A DNA stretch of 32,000 nt, from positions 420,001 to 452,000 of the forward strand of contig CAVRAI010000003.1 in assembly GCA_963718915.1 (NCBI GenBank), written 5' to 3'. The translations under genes were made by a program, and so were the position numbers. The DNA comes from an uncultured Chloroflexia bacterium (GTDB taxonomy: Bacteria > Chloroflexota > Ktedonobacteria > Ktedonobacterales > JADMIN01). Shown one piece after another: positions 15,539 to 22,593 of this stretch. Each line of letters opens with the position of its first letter. Within the stretch, counting starts at the first letter, position 1. The notes under the pieces are model-generated. The model ran no database searches. It was not told the DNA's origin and worked only from the letters and a program-made list of their open reading frames with translations.

Positions 15539-15862
15539 CTATTCGTGTTCGTCGGGGTCGGCGACGAAGATACGACCGTCTTCGACCCGCACCTGATAAG
15601 CGCAGAGCGGCTCGCGCGCTGGCCCGCGCACCACCTGTCCGTCGCGCACGTCGAAGCGCGCCAGGTGGATCGGGCAGGTGAGCACGTAGCCGTCAAGCTC
15701 GCCCTCGTCGAGCGGGCCGCCGGTATGTGTGCAGTCATCGTCCACGGCGTAGATGGCGCCACCCACATTCGCCAGGCAGACGAGATGTATGCCGACCTCC
15801 ACCCGCAGTAGCTCGCCGGGCGCAACCTCCTCCAGGCGCGCCACCTCGTGAAATGTACCCAT
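15539..15862 (-). CDS. Rieske [2Fe-2S] domain protein (small ferredoxin/NirD-like)
   Basis: 'CTHTGGPL' (CxH) and 'CPIHLARF' (CxxH) are 19 residues apart. The start is ATG 15862 ('MGTFHEVARLEEV'). The SD spacing is poor, so the start is moderately uncertain. Confidence 0.88.
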   Translation of the reverse strand: MGTFHEVARLEEVAPGELLRVEVGIHLVCLANVGGAIYAVDDDCTHTGGPLDEGELDGYVLTCPIHLARFDVRDGQVVRGPAREPLCAYQVRVEDGRIFVADPDEHE

Positions 15863-15964
15863 AAATGAAAAGCGGCCCTCCAGCCGCGAAGTAGTGCTAT
15901 ACCGCGTCATCAGGCTACCACAGATGGCCCTATAGCTCAACCGTCCCGCGCAACGGCATAGCGA

Positions 15965-16525
15965 TTATGCGTCCTGCTGTCTGGCGTGAACGCTCTTTTT
16001 CTCGTCCGCGGGTGTCTCGCGGAGCATGGCGATGGTGTCGGTCAGCCAGCCGTGCTCGGCCTCCAGGTGCAGCAGGATGCGCTCGATGGCGAGCCGCGCG
16101 CCCAGGTCGTAGTCGTGTCGCGGCGCGCGCTTGTAGGATGCCCGCTGCTCGTCCAGGTCGGCCAGCCTCTGCTCCAGCAGGGTGATGGCCTCGGCGCCAG
16201 GAAGCTGCATGAGGAACATCAGGCCGATATCGCCGGGCGCGAAGAAGCGGTCGGCGCGCGCCAGCGTCTTGCGCAGCAGCTCCTCGAAAGCTCGCTCGCC
16301 CTTCTCCGTGATCGAATAGACCTTGCGCGGCGGGCGGTTGCCCTCCTGTTCGCTATGCGCGTGTACGTAGCCGTCGCGGCTCAGGCGATCCAGGATGGCG
16401 TAGGCGGTCGGCTTCTTCATATCGGTGACGCGACTGAGGTTCCGTTCGATGAATTCGTTGATCTGGTAGCCATGCTGGCTCTGCGCCCGCAACATGCCGA
16501 GCAGCAGCAACGCGCGCTCATCCAT
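15965..16525 (-). CDS. PadR-family transcriptional regulator
   Basis: 'LLLLGMLRAQSQHGYQINEFIE' and 'AYAILDRLSRDGYV...RKVYSITEKGERAF' form a PadR winged-helix pattern with a C-terminal helical extension. The start is ATG 16525, with SD GGGGGAG. Confidence 0.9.
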   Translation of the reverse strand: MDERALLLLGMLRAQSQHGYQINEFIERNLSRVTDMKKPTAYAILDRLSRDGYVHAHSEQEGNRPPRKVYSITEKGERAFEELLRKTLARADRFFAPGDIGLMFLMQLPGAEAITLLEQRLADLDEQRASYKRAPRHDYDLGARLAIERILLHLEAEHGWLTDTIAMLRETPADEKKSVHARQQDA

Positions 16526-16597
16526 CGCTGATTCTCCCCCATCGCCAAGTATCGGACACATATCTGAACCAACGATGCACGTATCATCTGGATCGAT

Positions 16598-16613
16598 TAG
16601 TCATACTTGACTA
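16598..16613. promoter_or_regulatory. Palindromic operator candidate O1 (TAGTCA-tact-TGACTA)
   Basis: A perfect 6+6 inverted repeat is read directly. It overlaps the -35 of the plus-strand promoter candidate. The same half-sites recur at 16647-16662. Confidence 0.55.
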
Positions 16614-16635
16614 TTCGCTCTTCTCGTGCTATATT
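16607..16635 (+). promoter_or_regulatory. Sigma70-like promoter candidate for the MFS gene (TTGACT-17 nt-TATATT)
   Basis: The -35 TTGACT lies at 16607-16612, the spacer is 17 nt, and the -10 TATATT lies at 16630-16635. A second -10, TATAAT at 16673-16678, lies downstream of O2. Confidence 0.5.
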
Positions 16636-16646
16636 TGTGGGTGTAG

Positions 16647-16662
16647 TAGTCAAAGCTGACTA
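16647..16662. promoter_or_regulatory. Palindromic operator candidate O2 (TAGTCA-aagc-TGACTA) plus an extra half-site TAGTCA at 16661-16666
   Basis: This is the second perfect copy of the same 6+6 palindrome, 49 bp from O1. It sits just upstream of TATAAT (16673-16678). Confidence 0.55.
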
Positions 16663-16696
16663 GTCAAGATCATATAATCGCTCTAAGGATACCACG

Positions 16697-17974
16697 ATGA
16701 GGACGCATATGCCAGACGAGGCAGACGCCGCCGCGAAGAAACGCTCGCGCAACGCCATTCTGATGGTTGCGCTGGTCGTGCTGGTGGATATTACCGGCTT
16801 TGGCCTGATTCTGCCGCTGTTGCCCTTCTGGGCGGAGAAGCTCGGCGCCAATCCGTTCGAGGTTGGCCTGATTCTGACTGTCTACGCGCTGGCGCAGTTT
16901 CTCTTTACGCCCGTCCTCGGCGCGCTCTCCGACCGTTTCGGGCGGCGTCCGGTTATTCTCGTCTCGCTGCTGATCGAGGCGCTGGGCTTCGCGCTGACGG
17001 CACTGGCGGGCACGCTGCCGCTGTTGCTGGTGGCGCGCTTTGTCGGCGGGCTGGGCGCGTCGAATATTGGCTCGGCGCAGGCGGTCGTGGCGGATGTTAC
17101 CGCGCCGAAGGACCGCGCGCGCGGCATGGGGATGGTTGGCGCGGCGATTGGCCTGGGCTTCGTCGTTGGCCCGGCGCTTGGCGGCATCCTGGCGGGCATT
17201 GGCGCCACGGTTCCCTTCTGGGCGGCGCTCGTCGTGGCGCTGGCGAATGCGCTGCTGGTGCTGCTCTTCATGCCGGAGACTCGCGCGCGGAGCACTGCCC
17301 CTGCTGAGCCGCTCAGCCCGTTCGCATTCTTCGCTGGCTGGAAGCGCGCGCGCCAGAACCCCGCCATCGTGCGGCTGATCGTCGTCAGTCTGCTCTTCAC
17401 GCTGGCGTTCACGGCGATGGAGGCGGTCTTCCCGCTCTTCTCGCAGCGTGTCTTTGGCTGGCAGGCGCTACAGAACGGCTACATCTTCACCTATGTCGGC
17501 GTAGTCATCGTTATCATGCAGGGCGGGTTGGTGGGACGGCTCGTGAAACGCTTTGGCGAGCGCGGCGTCCAGATCGCTGGATTGGCGTTGCTTGCCCTTG
17601 GTCTGGCGCTGCTGCCCTTTGGGGTGACGCTGGGCATGCTGCTGGTCGCGCTGGGTCTGCTGAGCATCGGCGATGGCGCGGTGACGCCAACCAACAACGC
17701 GATGCTCTCACTGGCGACGCCCGCGGAGGCGCAGGGCGAGATCCTCGGCTTGTCGCAGGGGATAGCTGGCCTGGGTCGGATGATCGGGCCAATGGTCGCG
17801 GGCTGGCTCTTTGGCGTTGGCATTGGCCTGCCGTTCTTTGTCGGCGCCGGACTGGTCCTGCTGGCGCTGCTGGTGGCCCTGCCACACATCGAGAGTCGCC
17901 CGTCAATACCCATACAGGAAACTGATTCGTTGCAATCAGTAGAAGAGGTCGCGGTAACCGCTTCGCTCAAATAG
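16697..17974 (+). CDS. MFS efflux transporter (DHA1/TetA-like)
   Basis: Motif A is 'GALSDRFGRRPV'. 'GGLGASNIGSAQAVVAD' and 'GLGFVVGPALGG' are also present, with 12 hydrophobic segments. It is divergent from the PadR gene. The alternative start is ATG 16709. Confidence 0.92.
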   Translation: MRTHMPDEADAAAKKRSRNAILMVALVVLVDITGFGLILPLLPFWAEKLGANPFEVGLILTVYALAQFLFTPVLGALSDRFGRRPVILVSLLIEALGFALTALAGTLPLLLVARFVGGLGASNIGSAQAVVADVTAPKDRARGMGMVGAAIGLGFVVGPALGGILAGIGATVPFWAALVVALANALLVLLFMPETRARSTAPAEPLSPFAFFAGWKRARQNPAIVRLIVVSLLFTLAFTAMEAVFPLFSQRVFGWQALQNGYIFTYVGVVIVIMQGGLVGRLVKRFGERGVQIAGLALLALGLALLPFGVTLGMLLVALGLLSIGDGAVTPTNNAMLSLATPAEAQGEILGLSQGIAGLGRMIGPMVAGWLFGVGIGLPFFVGAGLVLLALLVALPHIESRPSIPIQETDSLQSVEEVAVTASLK

Positions 17975-18010
17975 ATTGTCCTGTTGTTTCACTCGAAAGG
18001 GGATAGCGCA

Positions 18011-18406
18011 ATGGCTGCGAAGATCGCGTCCTGGGTGGTGCGCCTGGGTGGCTTGATAATGATCGTGCTTGGCCTGCTCTTCTGGACGGGCAACGCGCTG
18101 GGGTTGGTGCAGGAGCATATGACGCTCGGTTTGCTGGTGGTGCTGGCGCTCTGGGTGCTGGCCGCCACGGCCATGCAGAAAGGCGTGGGTGTCGGGCTGG
18201 TGATCGGCGCATTCGTGCTGGGTCTGGTGGTCATCGGCTTCGGCCTGGCCCAGGAATCGCTGATGTCGGGCGCGACACGTGTGGTGGTCGAGCTTATCAG
18301 GATTGTCCACCTGCTGCTGGGCCTGGCGCTGATTAGCTTCGGCGAGATCCTCACCGCGCGGCTGCGTCGGCTGGGCCAGGGAAGCAAACCCATCGCGGCG
18401 GCATAG
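18011..18406 (+). CDS. Small integral membrane protein (4 predicted TM helices)
   Basis: The protein is hydrophobic throughout. ATG 18011 is preceded by AAAGGGGA. An intrinsic terminator follows. Confidence 0.7.
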   Translation: MAAKIASWVVRLGGLIMIVLGLLFWTGNALGLVQEHMTLGLLVVLALWVLAATAMQKGVGVGLVIGAFVLGLVVIGFGLAQESLMSGATRVVVELIRIVHLLLGLALISFGEILTARLRRLGQGSKPIAAA

Positions 18407-18426
18407 AGTCGCTTACATAAATACGG

Positions 18427-18465
18427 GACGCTGGAGGCATCGCGCTTCCGGCGTCCTGTTTTTTT
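18427..18465 (+). terminator. Rho-independent terminator
   Basis: GGACGC(T)GGAGGC...GCTTCC(G)GCGTCC forms a stem of about 12 bp, including one G-U pair. It is followed by TG and T7 (18459-18465). Confidence 0.85.
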
Positions 18466-18581
18466 GGCGCAGTATGAAACCCAGCTTGAAGTAAATGCCT
18501 AACTCGCCTTAACGTTGCGTTATATGGATCTATATGATATGCTGAGACACACGGGCTGCTTGAAGAATCTGGAGGCTATAG

Positions 18582-18788
18582 TTGAGCGAGTCAGAATACA
18601 TGACCGTTGCGGAAGCGCGGGATTTTCTGGGAGTGTCCAGGACGAAGATCGCCGATCTCATTGAAAAGGGGGTGCTGGCGGCGGAGCCTAATCCGCTTGA
18701 CAACCGATCAAAGTTGGTGCGTCGTGAGGCTGTTGAGGCTCTGAAAGCAAAAGTGCCTCATTACACAGCAAAAAAAGACACCGCGTAG
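18582..18788 (+). CDS. Excisionase-family / MerR-like helix-turn-helix DNA-binding protein
   Basis: 'MTVAEARDFLGVSRTKIADLIEKG' is the typical excisionase-type HTH. TTG 18582 has SD GGAGG 6 nt upstream. ATG 18600 is the alternative start. Confidence 0.8.
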   Translation: MSESEYMTVAEARDFLGVSRTKIADLIEKGVLAAEPNPLDNRSKLVRREAVEALKAKVPHYTAKKDTA

Positions 18789-18883
18789 AGTCACCTACGC
18801 GGCCTTAAGGTCGCAGCGAGCGGTCTAGGTGCTGCTGTGACCCACCTTAGTGTAGCATGGCGAGTAGCGCATGAGGAGGCATC

Positions 18884-19777
18884 ATGAGCAATCAGGAAAC
18901 CACCAGCAGCCCATTCGAGACGATCCGGCATACCACAGACGATGGCGTGGAGTATTGGAGCGCGCGCGAGTTAGCCAGGGTACTCGGCTACAGCGGTTGG
19001 CAGAGATTTCGCACGGTCATCGAACGCGCTCAGGTAGCCTGCGAGAACAGTGGGCAAGCCGTCTCAGACCATTTTATCGCTACTGTTAAAATGGTCGAAA
19101 TTGGCTCTGGTTCCCAACGCGAGGTAGAGGACTTCCATCTCTCGCGTTACGCCTGCTATCTCGTCGTGCAGAACGCTGACCCCAACAAGCCGATTGTCGC
19201 GCTGGGGCAGACGTACTTCGCCGTCAGAACGCGCGAGGCGGAACTGACCGAAGAAGCCGTCTTGCAGGGCATGAGCGAAGCTCAACAGCGGCTCTACATT
19301 CGGCATCAACTCACCAGCTATAACAAGCAGCTCGCCGACGCGGCCCAGGCCGCTGGCGTCCCCAGCAATGGCTTCGCCGCCTTCCAGGATCACGGCTACC
19401 GTGGCCTCTACGCCGGAGAGACCGCCCGTGATATTGCCGCCAGGAAGGGACTGAAGAAGGGGCAAGGCATCCTCGACTGGATGGATCCCGACGAGCTGGC
19501 CGCCAACCTCTTCCGCGCGTCACTTACCGAGCAGAAGCTGCACAACGATCCGACCATCGTCGGCAAAGAGGCGGCCAACCACGCGCATCATGATGTCGGC
19601 GCGGCCGTTCGCAGTGTCATCATTGAGCAGGGTGGCACACCGCCGGAGCAGCTTCCCATGCCAGCGCAGTCCATCCAGCAACTCCAGCGGCAGGAGCAAA
19701 AGCGTATCGAGGCGGGACATCAGGCAAAGCGGCAGCCGCAGCTATTCCCCTCGCCAGCGCCCAACGCCGACCAGTGA
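18884..19777 (+). CDS. dinD: DNA-damage-inducible protein D (BRO-N-type N-terminal domain)
   Basis: The protein is collinear with E. coli DinD as I recall it: 'WSARELARVLGYS', 'ACENSG', 'SRYACYLVVQNADP', 'GQTYFA', 'HGYRGLY', 'KGLKKGQGILDWM' and 'ELAANLFRA'. SD GAGGAGG precedes the ATG. Confidence 0.92.
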   Translation: MSNQETTSSPFETIRHTTDDGVEYWSARELARVLGYSGWQRFRTVIERAQVACENSGQAVSDHFIATVKMVEIGSGSQREVEDFHLSRYACYLVVQNADPNKPIVALGQTYFAVRTREAELTEEAVLQGMSEAQQRLYIRHQLTSYNKQLADAAQAAGVPSNGFAAFQDHGYRGLYAGETARDIAARKGLKKGQGILDWMDPDELAANLFRASLTEQKLHNDPTIVGKEAANHAHHDVGAAVRSVIIEQGGTPPEQLPMPAQSIQQLQRQEQKRIEAGHQAKRQPQLFPSPAPNADQ

Positions 19778-19900
19778 CGTTTGGCTGATGCTGGAAGTGT
19801 GATGCCCCCAGTGTCCTGTTGAATATGGGTGAAACTCCATCAGATTTCCGCCGATTCCACGAGTATAACTGGTGCTAGACTGGCGGCAAGGAGGTCGCCC

Positions 19901-20019
19901 ATGCCAGACGTCACGCTGCCACGTCGCGACGAGATATTCCCATCGAGCAAACCTGGGATCTCGCTAGCGTGTGCTCCAGACAGCCGCCGACCACCTCCAG
20001 GAGCATCAGGTTCAGGTAG
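19901..20019 (+). pseudogene. 5' stub resembling the N-terminus of an M3B oligoendopeptidase F, frameshifted and truncated
   Basis: SD AAGGAGG lies 6 nt before ATG 19901 ('MPDVTLPRRDEI'). After the ATAT at about 19934, frame +2 continues 'PIEQTWDLASV' to TAG 20017. Joined, this is the PepF-type start motif LPxRxEIPxExTWDL (recalled from memory). No peptidase body follows. Confidence 0.4.
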
Positions 20020-20071
20020 CTGGTATACTGGCTCATTGGCAAACGGTCTGGTAGCCTCTTCCGAGGGTGAA

Positions 20072-20167
20072 ATGAACGAACAACTTGAACTGGTATTGCC
20101 CTCGCTTGAACTAGAGGTGGCGTACCAGGCGTGCGAAGCCGACTTCCAGCGGGCGGATTCTCTGTAG
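20072..20167 (+). pseudogene. 31-codon stub resembling a GNAT N-terminus, ended by the TAG of repeat A3
   Basis: SD GAGGG lies 5 nt before ATG 20072. 'MNEQLELVLPSLELEVAYQACEADFQRA' resembles the N-termini of a GNAT subfamily (L.LV.PS.E....Y). The stop codon 20165-67 is the first 3 nt of the A-family repeat. Confidence 0.35.
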
Positions 20168-20228
20168 CCCGCGCAGGCGGGCTTTGCGGTTGCGCAGCAA
20201 CCCTTAGGCGCGGCTTCAGCCGCCAGCC
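20165..20228 (+). repeat. A-family REP-like repeat, copy A3
   Basis: The sequence is TAG-GCCCGC-gcag-GCGGGC-TTTGCGG...TAGGC-GCGGC-ttca-GCCGC-CAGCC. Confidence 0.9.
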
Positions 20229-20296
20229 ACCGTCCTCGTCGCCCGCTACAGGATACACATCGATGCCGATAGCGACGACCAGAGAGAGGGAGCGAT

Positions 20297-21112
20297 ATGA
20301 GCGAGATCGTGCGCGACGTTTCCCCGGAGTCCCTGGCACGGGCGAACGAGGACAACCTGGCGGAGGGCCTGGCAGCCTGCGCCCGCGCCTATGGTGGCGA
20401 GGTGCGCGAGGAGCCGGATCTGCTCTGGTGCGCGGCGGGTATCCCTGGCGCGGGATGGAATCGTGTTCCCCGCGCTCACCTTGCGCCTGAGACACTTGAC
20501 GAGCGTATCGAGTGGGTCATCGAACGGGCGCGTGCCTTGCGCGTGCCGTTCCTGTGGGATATCGGCCCTTCGACGCGGCCAACGGATCTGGGCGACCATC
20601 TCCTGCGCCATGGCTTCATGGATGAGGGCGAGGAGCCTGCGATGGGAGTCGCGCTTGCTGCCTTGCCGAGCGACCTGCCATTACTTGATGGCGTCACCGT
20701 CGAGCGGGTGCGGGATCGCGCGTCGCAGGAGCAATGGGTGCGCGCCTCATGTGAAGGCTTCGGGATGTCTGCCACTGACGCCGCGGCGGAAATCGTTGCG
20801 ATGGCGCGTGATGACCTGGGAGACGCCGGAGCAGCCAGCTACTACCTCGCGCGACTGGATGGCGAGCCGGTGGCGACCGCCGCGCTGACGCTGGCTGGGG
20901 GCGTGGCGGGCCTCTTCGCGGTGGCGACTATCGAAGCGGCGCGCGGTCGGGGCATCGGAACGGCCGTCACGCTGGCGCCGCTGCTGGACGCGCGGGAGCG
21001 TGGCTACTGTGTCGGCGTCTTGCAGGCCAGCGAGATGGGCTATCCCGTCTACGCGCGCATGGGCTTCTCGGAGCAGTTCCACTATCACATCTACTATTGG
21101 AAGCCAGAGTGA
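20297..21112 (+). CDS. GNAT-family N-acetyltransferase (two-lobed, 271 aa)
   Basis: The C-terminal GNAT motif A is 'VATIEAARGRGIGTAVT'. 'LQASEMGYPVYARMGF' is also present. SD GAGAGGGAG precedes the ATG. Confidence 0.88.
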   Translation: MSEIVRDVSPESLARANEDNLAEGLAACARAYGGEVREEPDLLWCAAGIPGAGWNRVPRAHLAPETLDERIEWVIERARALRVPFLWDIGPSTRPTDLGDHLLRHGFMDEGEEPAMGVALAALPSDLPLLDGVTVERVRDRASQEQWVRASCEGFGMSATDAAAEIVAMARDDLGDAGAASYYLARLDGEPVATAALTLAGGVAGLFAVATIEAARGRGIGTAVTLAPLLDARERGYCVGVLQASEMGYPVYARMGFSEQFHYHIYYWKPE

Positions 21113-21113
21113 T

Positions 21114-21824
21114 TCAGCCGTCGGCCTTGCTGACTGACTGATAGCGCGCCGGGTCGGTCTGGCCAGCCTCGGCGAAGCCCTTGAGCCGCAAGAGACAGGC
21201 GTCGCAGTGGCCACACGCCTCGCCAGCGGGCGTGGGGTCGTAGCAGGTCAGCGTCATGCCGTAATCAATACCCAGCGCCAGCCCGCGCTCAATGATCTGC
21301 GCCTTGGTCAGCGCGATGAGCGGCGTGTGTATCGTCAGCCGCTGCTGCCCTTCGACGCCTGCTCTGGTGGCGAGGTTGGCCATGCGCTCGTAGGCGGCAA
21401 TATACTCCGGTCGGCAATCGGGATAGCCACTGAAGTCGAGCGCATTGACGCCGATAAAAATATCACTCGCCCCAAGCACCTCGGCCCAGGCCAGCGCGAA
21501 CGAGAGGAAGATGGTGTTGCGCGCGGGGACATAGGTGATCGGGATACCCTCGCCCATCTCGTCGAGTGGGCGATCCTTGGGCACGGCAAGCTCGCTGGTG
21601 AGGGCGGAGCCGCCGAAGGTGCGGAGATCAATATCGGCGATAACATGCCGCGCCACGCCAAAGTGTTCGGCGACACGTGTGGCCGCCGCAAGCTCGGCGC
21701 TGTGGCGCTGGCCATAGCGAAACGAAAGCGCGTAGACCTCGAATCCCTCTTGCAGCGCGATGGCGAGCGTGGTCGTCGAATCCAGCCCGCCGCTCAGCAG
21801 CACAACCGCTTTTGGCGCACTCAT
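21114..21824 (-). CDS. queC: 7-cyano-7-deazaguanine synthase
   Basis: The PP-loop is '[12 protein letters not shown]'. 'YGQRH' and '[18 protein letters not shown]' are present, as is the C-terminal Zn cluster 'CGHCDAC..R'. Confidence 0.95.
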   Translation of the reverse strand: MSAPKAVVLLSGGLDSTTTLAIALQEGFEVYALSFRYGQRHSAELAAATRVAEHFGVARHVIADIDLRTFGGSALTSELAVPKDRPLDEMGEGIPITYVPARNTIFLSFALAWAEVLGASDIFIGVNALDFSGYPDCRPEYIAAYERMANLATRAGVEGQQRLTIHTPLIALTKAQIIERGLALGIDYGMTLTCYDPTPAGEACGHCDACLLRLKGFAEAGQTDPARYQSVSKADG

Positions 21825-21873
21825 ATCCGGCTCAGTCCCCTATCATGCAGTATCAATGAAGCAGTTCTCTGCC

Positions 21874-21933
21874 TAGCCCGCGCAGGCGGGCTTTGCGGCC
21901 AACGGCCCCTAGGCGCGACTTTAGTCGCCAGCC
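21874..21933 (+). repeat. A-family REP-like repeat, copy A4
   Basis: The sequence is TAG-GCCCGC-gcag-GCGGGC-TTTGCGG...TAGGC-GCGAC-ttta-GTCGC-CAGCC. It ends 2 nt before the sufU stop codon (21936-38). Confidence 0.9.
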
Positions 21934-21935
21934 CG

Positions 21936-22340
21936 CTAACCCTCGTCCAGATCCTCGTCATCCAGATGGCCGGTATATGGCCCACCGATGCCCTGATGCA
22001 GCACCCGCAGCCCCAGCAGCGCGCACCGCTGTCGCGCCGGGCCGATGGGCACGCCCAGCATCTCCAGCACATCCTGTGGCGTGATCGCGCGCAACTCTTC
22101 GAGTGTCGCGCCTTCGATACGCTCCGTCAGCATCGAGGCCGACGCCTGGCTGATGGCGCAGCCGCGCCCGCTGAAGCGCACCTCGGTCACGCGATCATCG
22201 CTCACCAGCAGGTCGATCTCGACCCGGTCGCCGCAGAGCGGATTGGTATCCGCCGCCGCGATGGTGGGATGCTCCAGATGGCCGTGATTGCGCGGGTCGC
22301 GGTAGTGATCGAGGATATACTCGCGATAAATGTCATCCAT
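21936..22340 (-). CDS. sufU: SUF-type Fe-S cluster assembly scaffold/sulfur acceptor SufU
   Basis: The SufU pattern is present: 'NPLCGDRVEIDL', 'GRGCAISQASASMLTE' and 'ARQRCALLGL'. Confidence 0.93.
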   Translation of the reverse strand: MDDIYREYILDHYRDPRNHGHLEHPTIAAADTNPLCGDRVEIDLLVSDDRVTEVRFSGRGCAISQASASMLTERIEGATLEELRAITPQDVLEMLGVPIGPARQRCALLGLRVLHQGIGGPYTGHLDDEDLDEG

Positions 22341-22590
22341 ACTTTAAGTCTCCCAAACTGCCCAGGTGCGGCGGCTGGCAACGCTGGTTCTGGGCCACCG
22401 CAAGCCGTAGCCTGAAGGGCACGGCTAATCCCGTGATAAGTATATCCGCTCGCCATCAACACGGCTCTCGAATGAACAGGATTAGCCGCATAGCTCTCAG
22501 CCCGCGGCGCGCGCCCCAGCTCGCTGTTGGAGGTCATTCTTAAAGTTCATCATGCCGCGAAGTTCGATTCACCGCAATGCTCGCCACCAG
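22341..22590 (+). repeat. B-family repeat, copy B3 (long variant) filling the sufS-sufU gap
   Basis: The right end GGAGGTCATTCTTAAAGTTCA matches the termini of B2 and B5. The degenerate hairpin is CCGTAGCC-tgaag-GGCACGG. An extra inverted repeat is GGCTAATCC (22431-39) / GGATTAGCC (22479-87). The tail TTCATCATGCCGCGAA... is shared with B1. The left boundary, which abuts the sufU ATG, is approximate. Confidence 0.7.
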
Positions 22591-22593
22591 CGC

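Noticed and set aside
14638-15681. A 347-aa plus-strand ORF across the hydrolase/Rieske region
   Set aside because: It is antisense to two genes with clear family motifs. Its composition (R/D/A/E/H runs) looks like shadow ORF and it has no SD.
18789-18883. An SOS (LexA) box upstream of dinD
   Set aside because: I found neither a CTGT-N8-ACAG nor a GAAC-N4-GTTC type palindrome in the dinD or HTH-gene upstream regions.
19840-20495. Minus-strand ORFs 19840..20355 and 19911..20495, and the full 112-aa plus ORF 19829..20167
   Set aside because: They run across repeat A3 and into the GNAT gene in antisense, with Arg/Pro/Ser-rich composition. The plus-strand signal is better explained as two short 5' gene stubs.
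21825-21873. A preQ1 riboswitch upstream of queC
   Set aside because: The 5' region is only about 48 nt before repeat A4. It lacks the conserved preQ1-I/II core and A-rich tail as I recall them.
21207-22415. A 402-aa plus-strand ORF across queC and sufU. The same applies to 24137..25147 over sufC, and to 28340..29491 and 29559..30389 over the GT87-like and secreted-protein genes.
   Set aside because: All are antisense to motif-supported genes, show low-complexity Arg/Gln/Gly composition and span repeat elements. I treated them as GC-driven artefacts.
22545-22590. A tRNA-like 3' end ('GTTCGATTC...GCCACCA') just downstream of sufS
   Set aside because: The flanks of the GTTCGATTC loop are not complementary, so no T-arm forms, and no acceptor, D or anticodon arms can be drawn. 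The segment is homologous to the tail of repeat B1 (6925-6975), so it is part of the repeat family.
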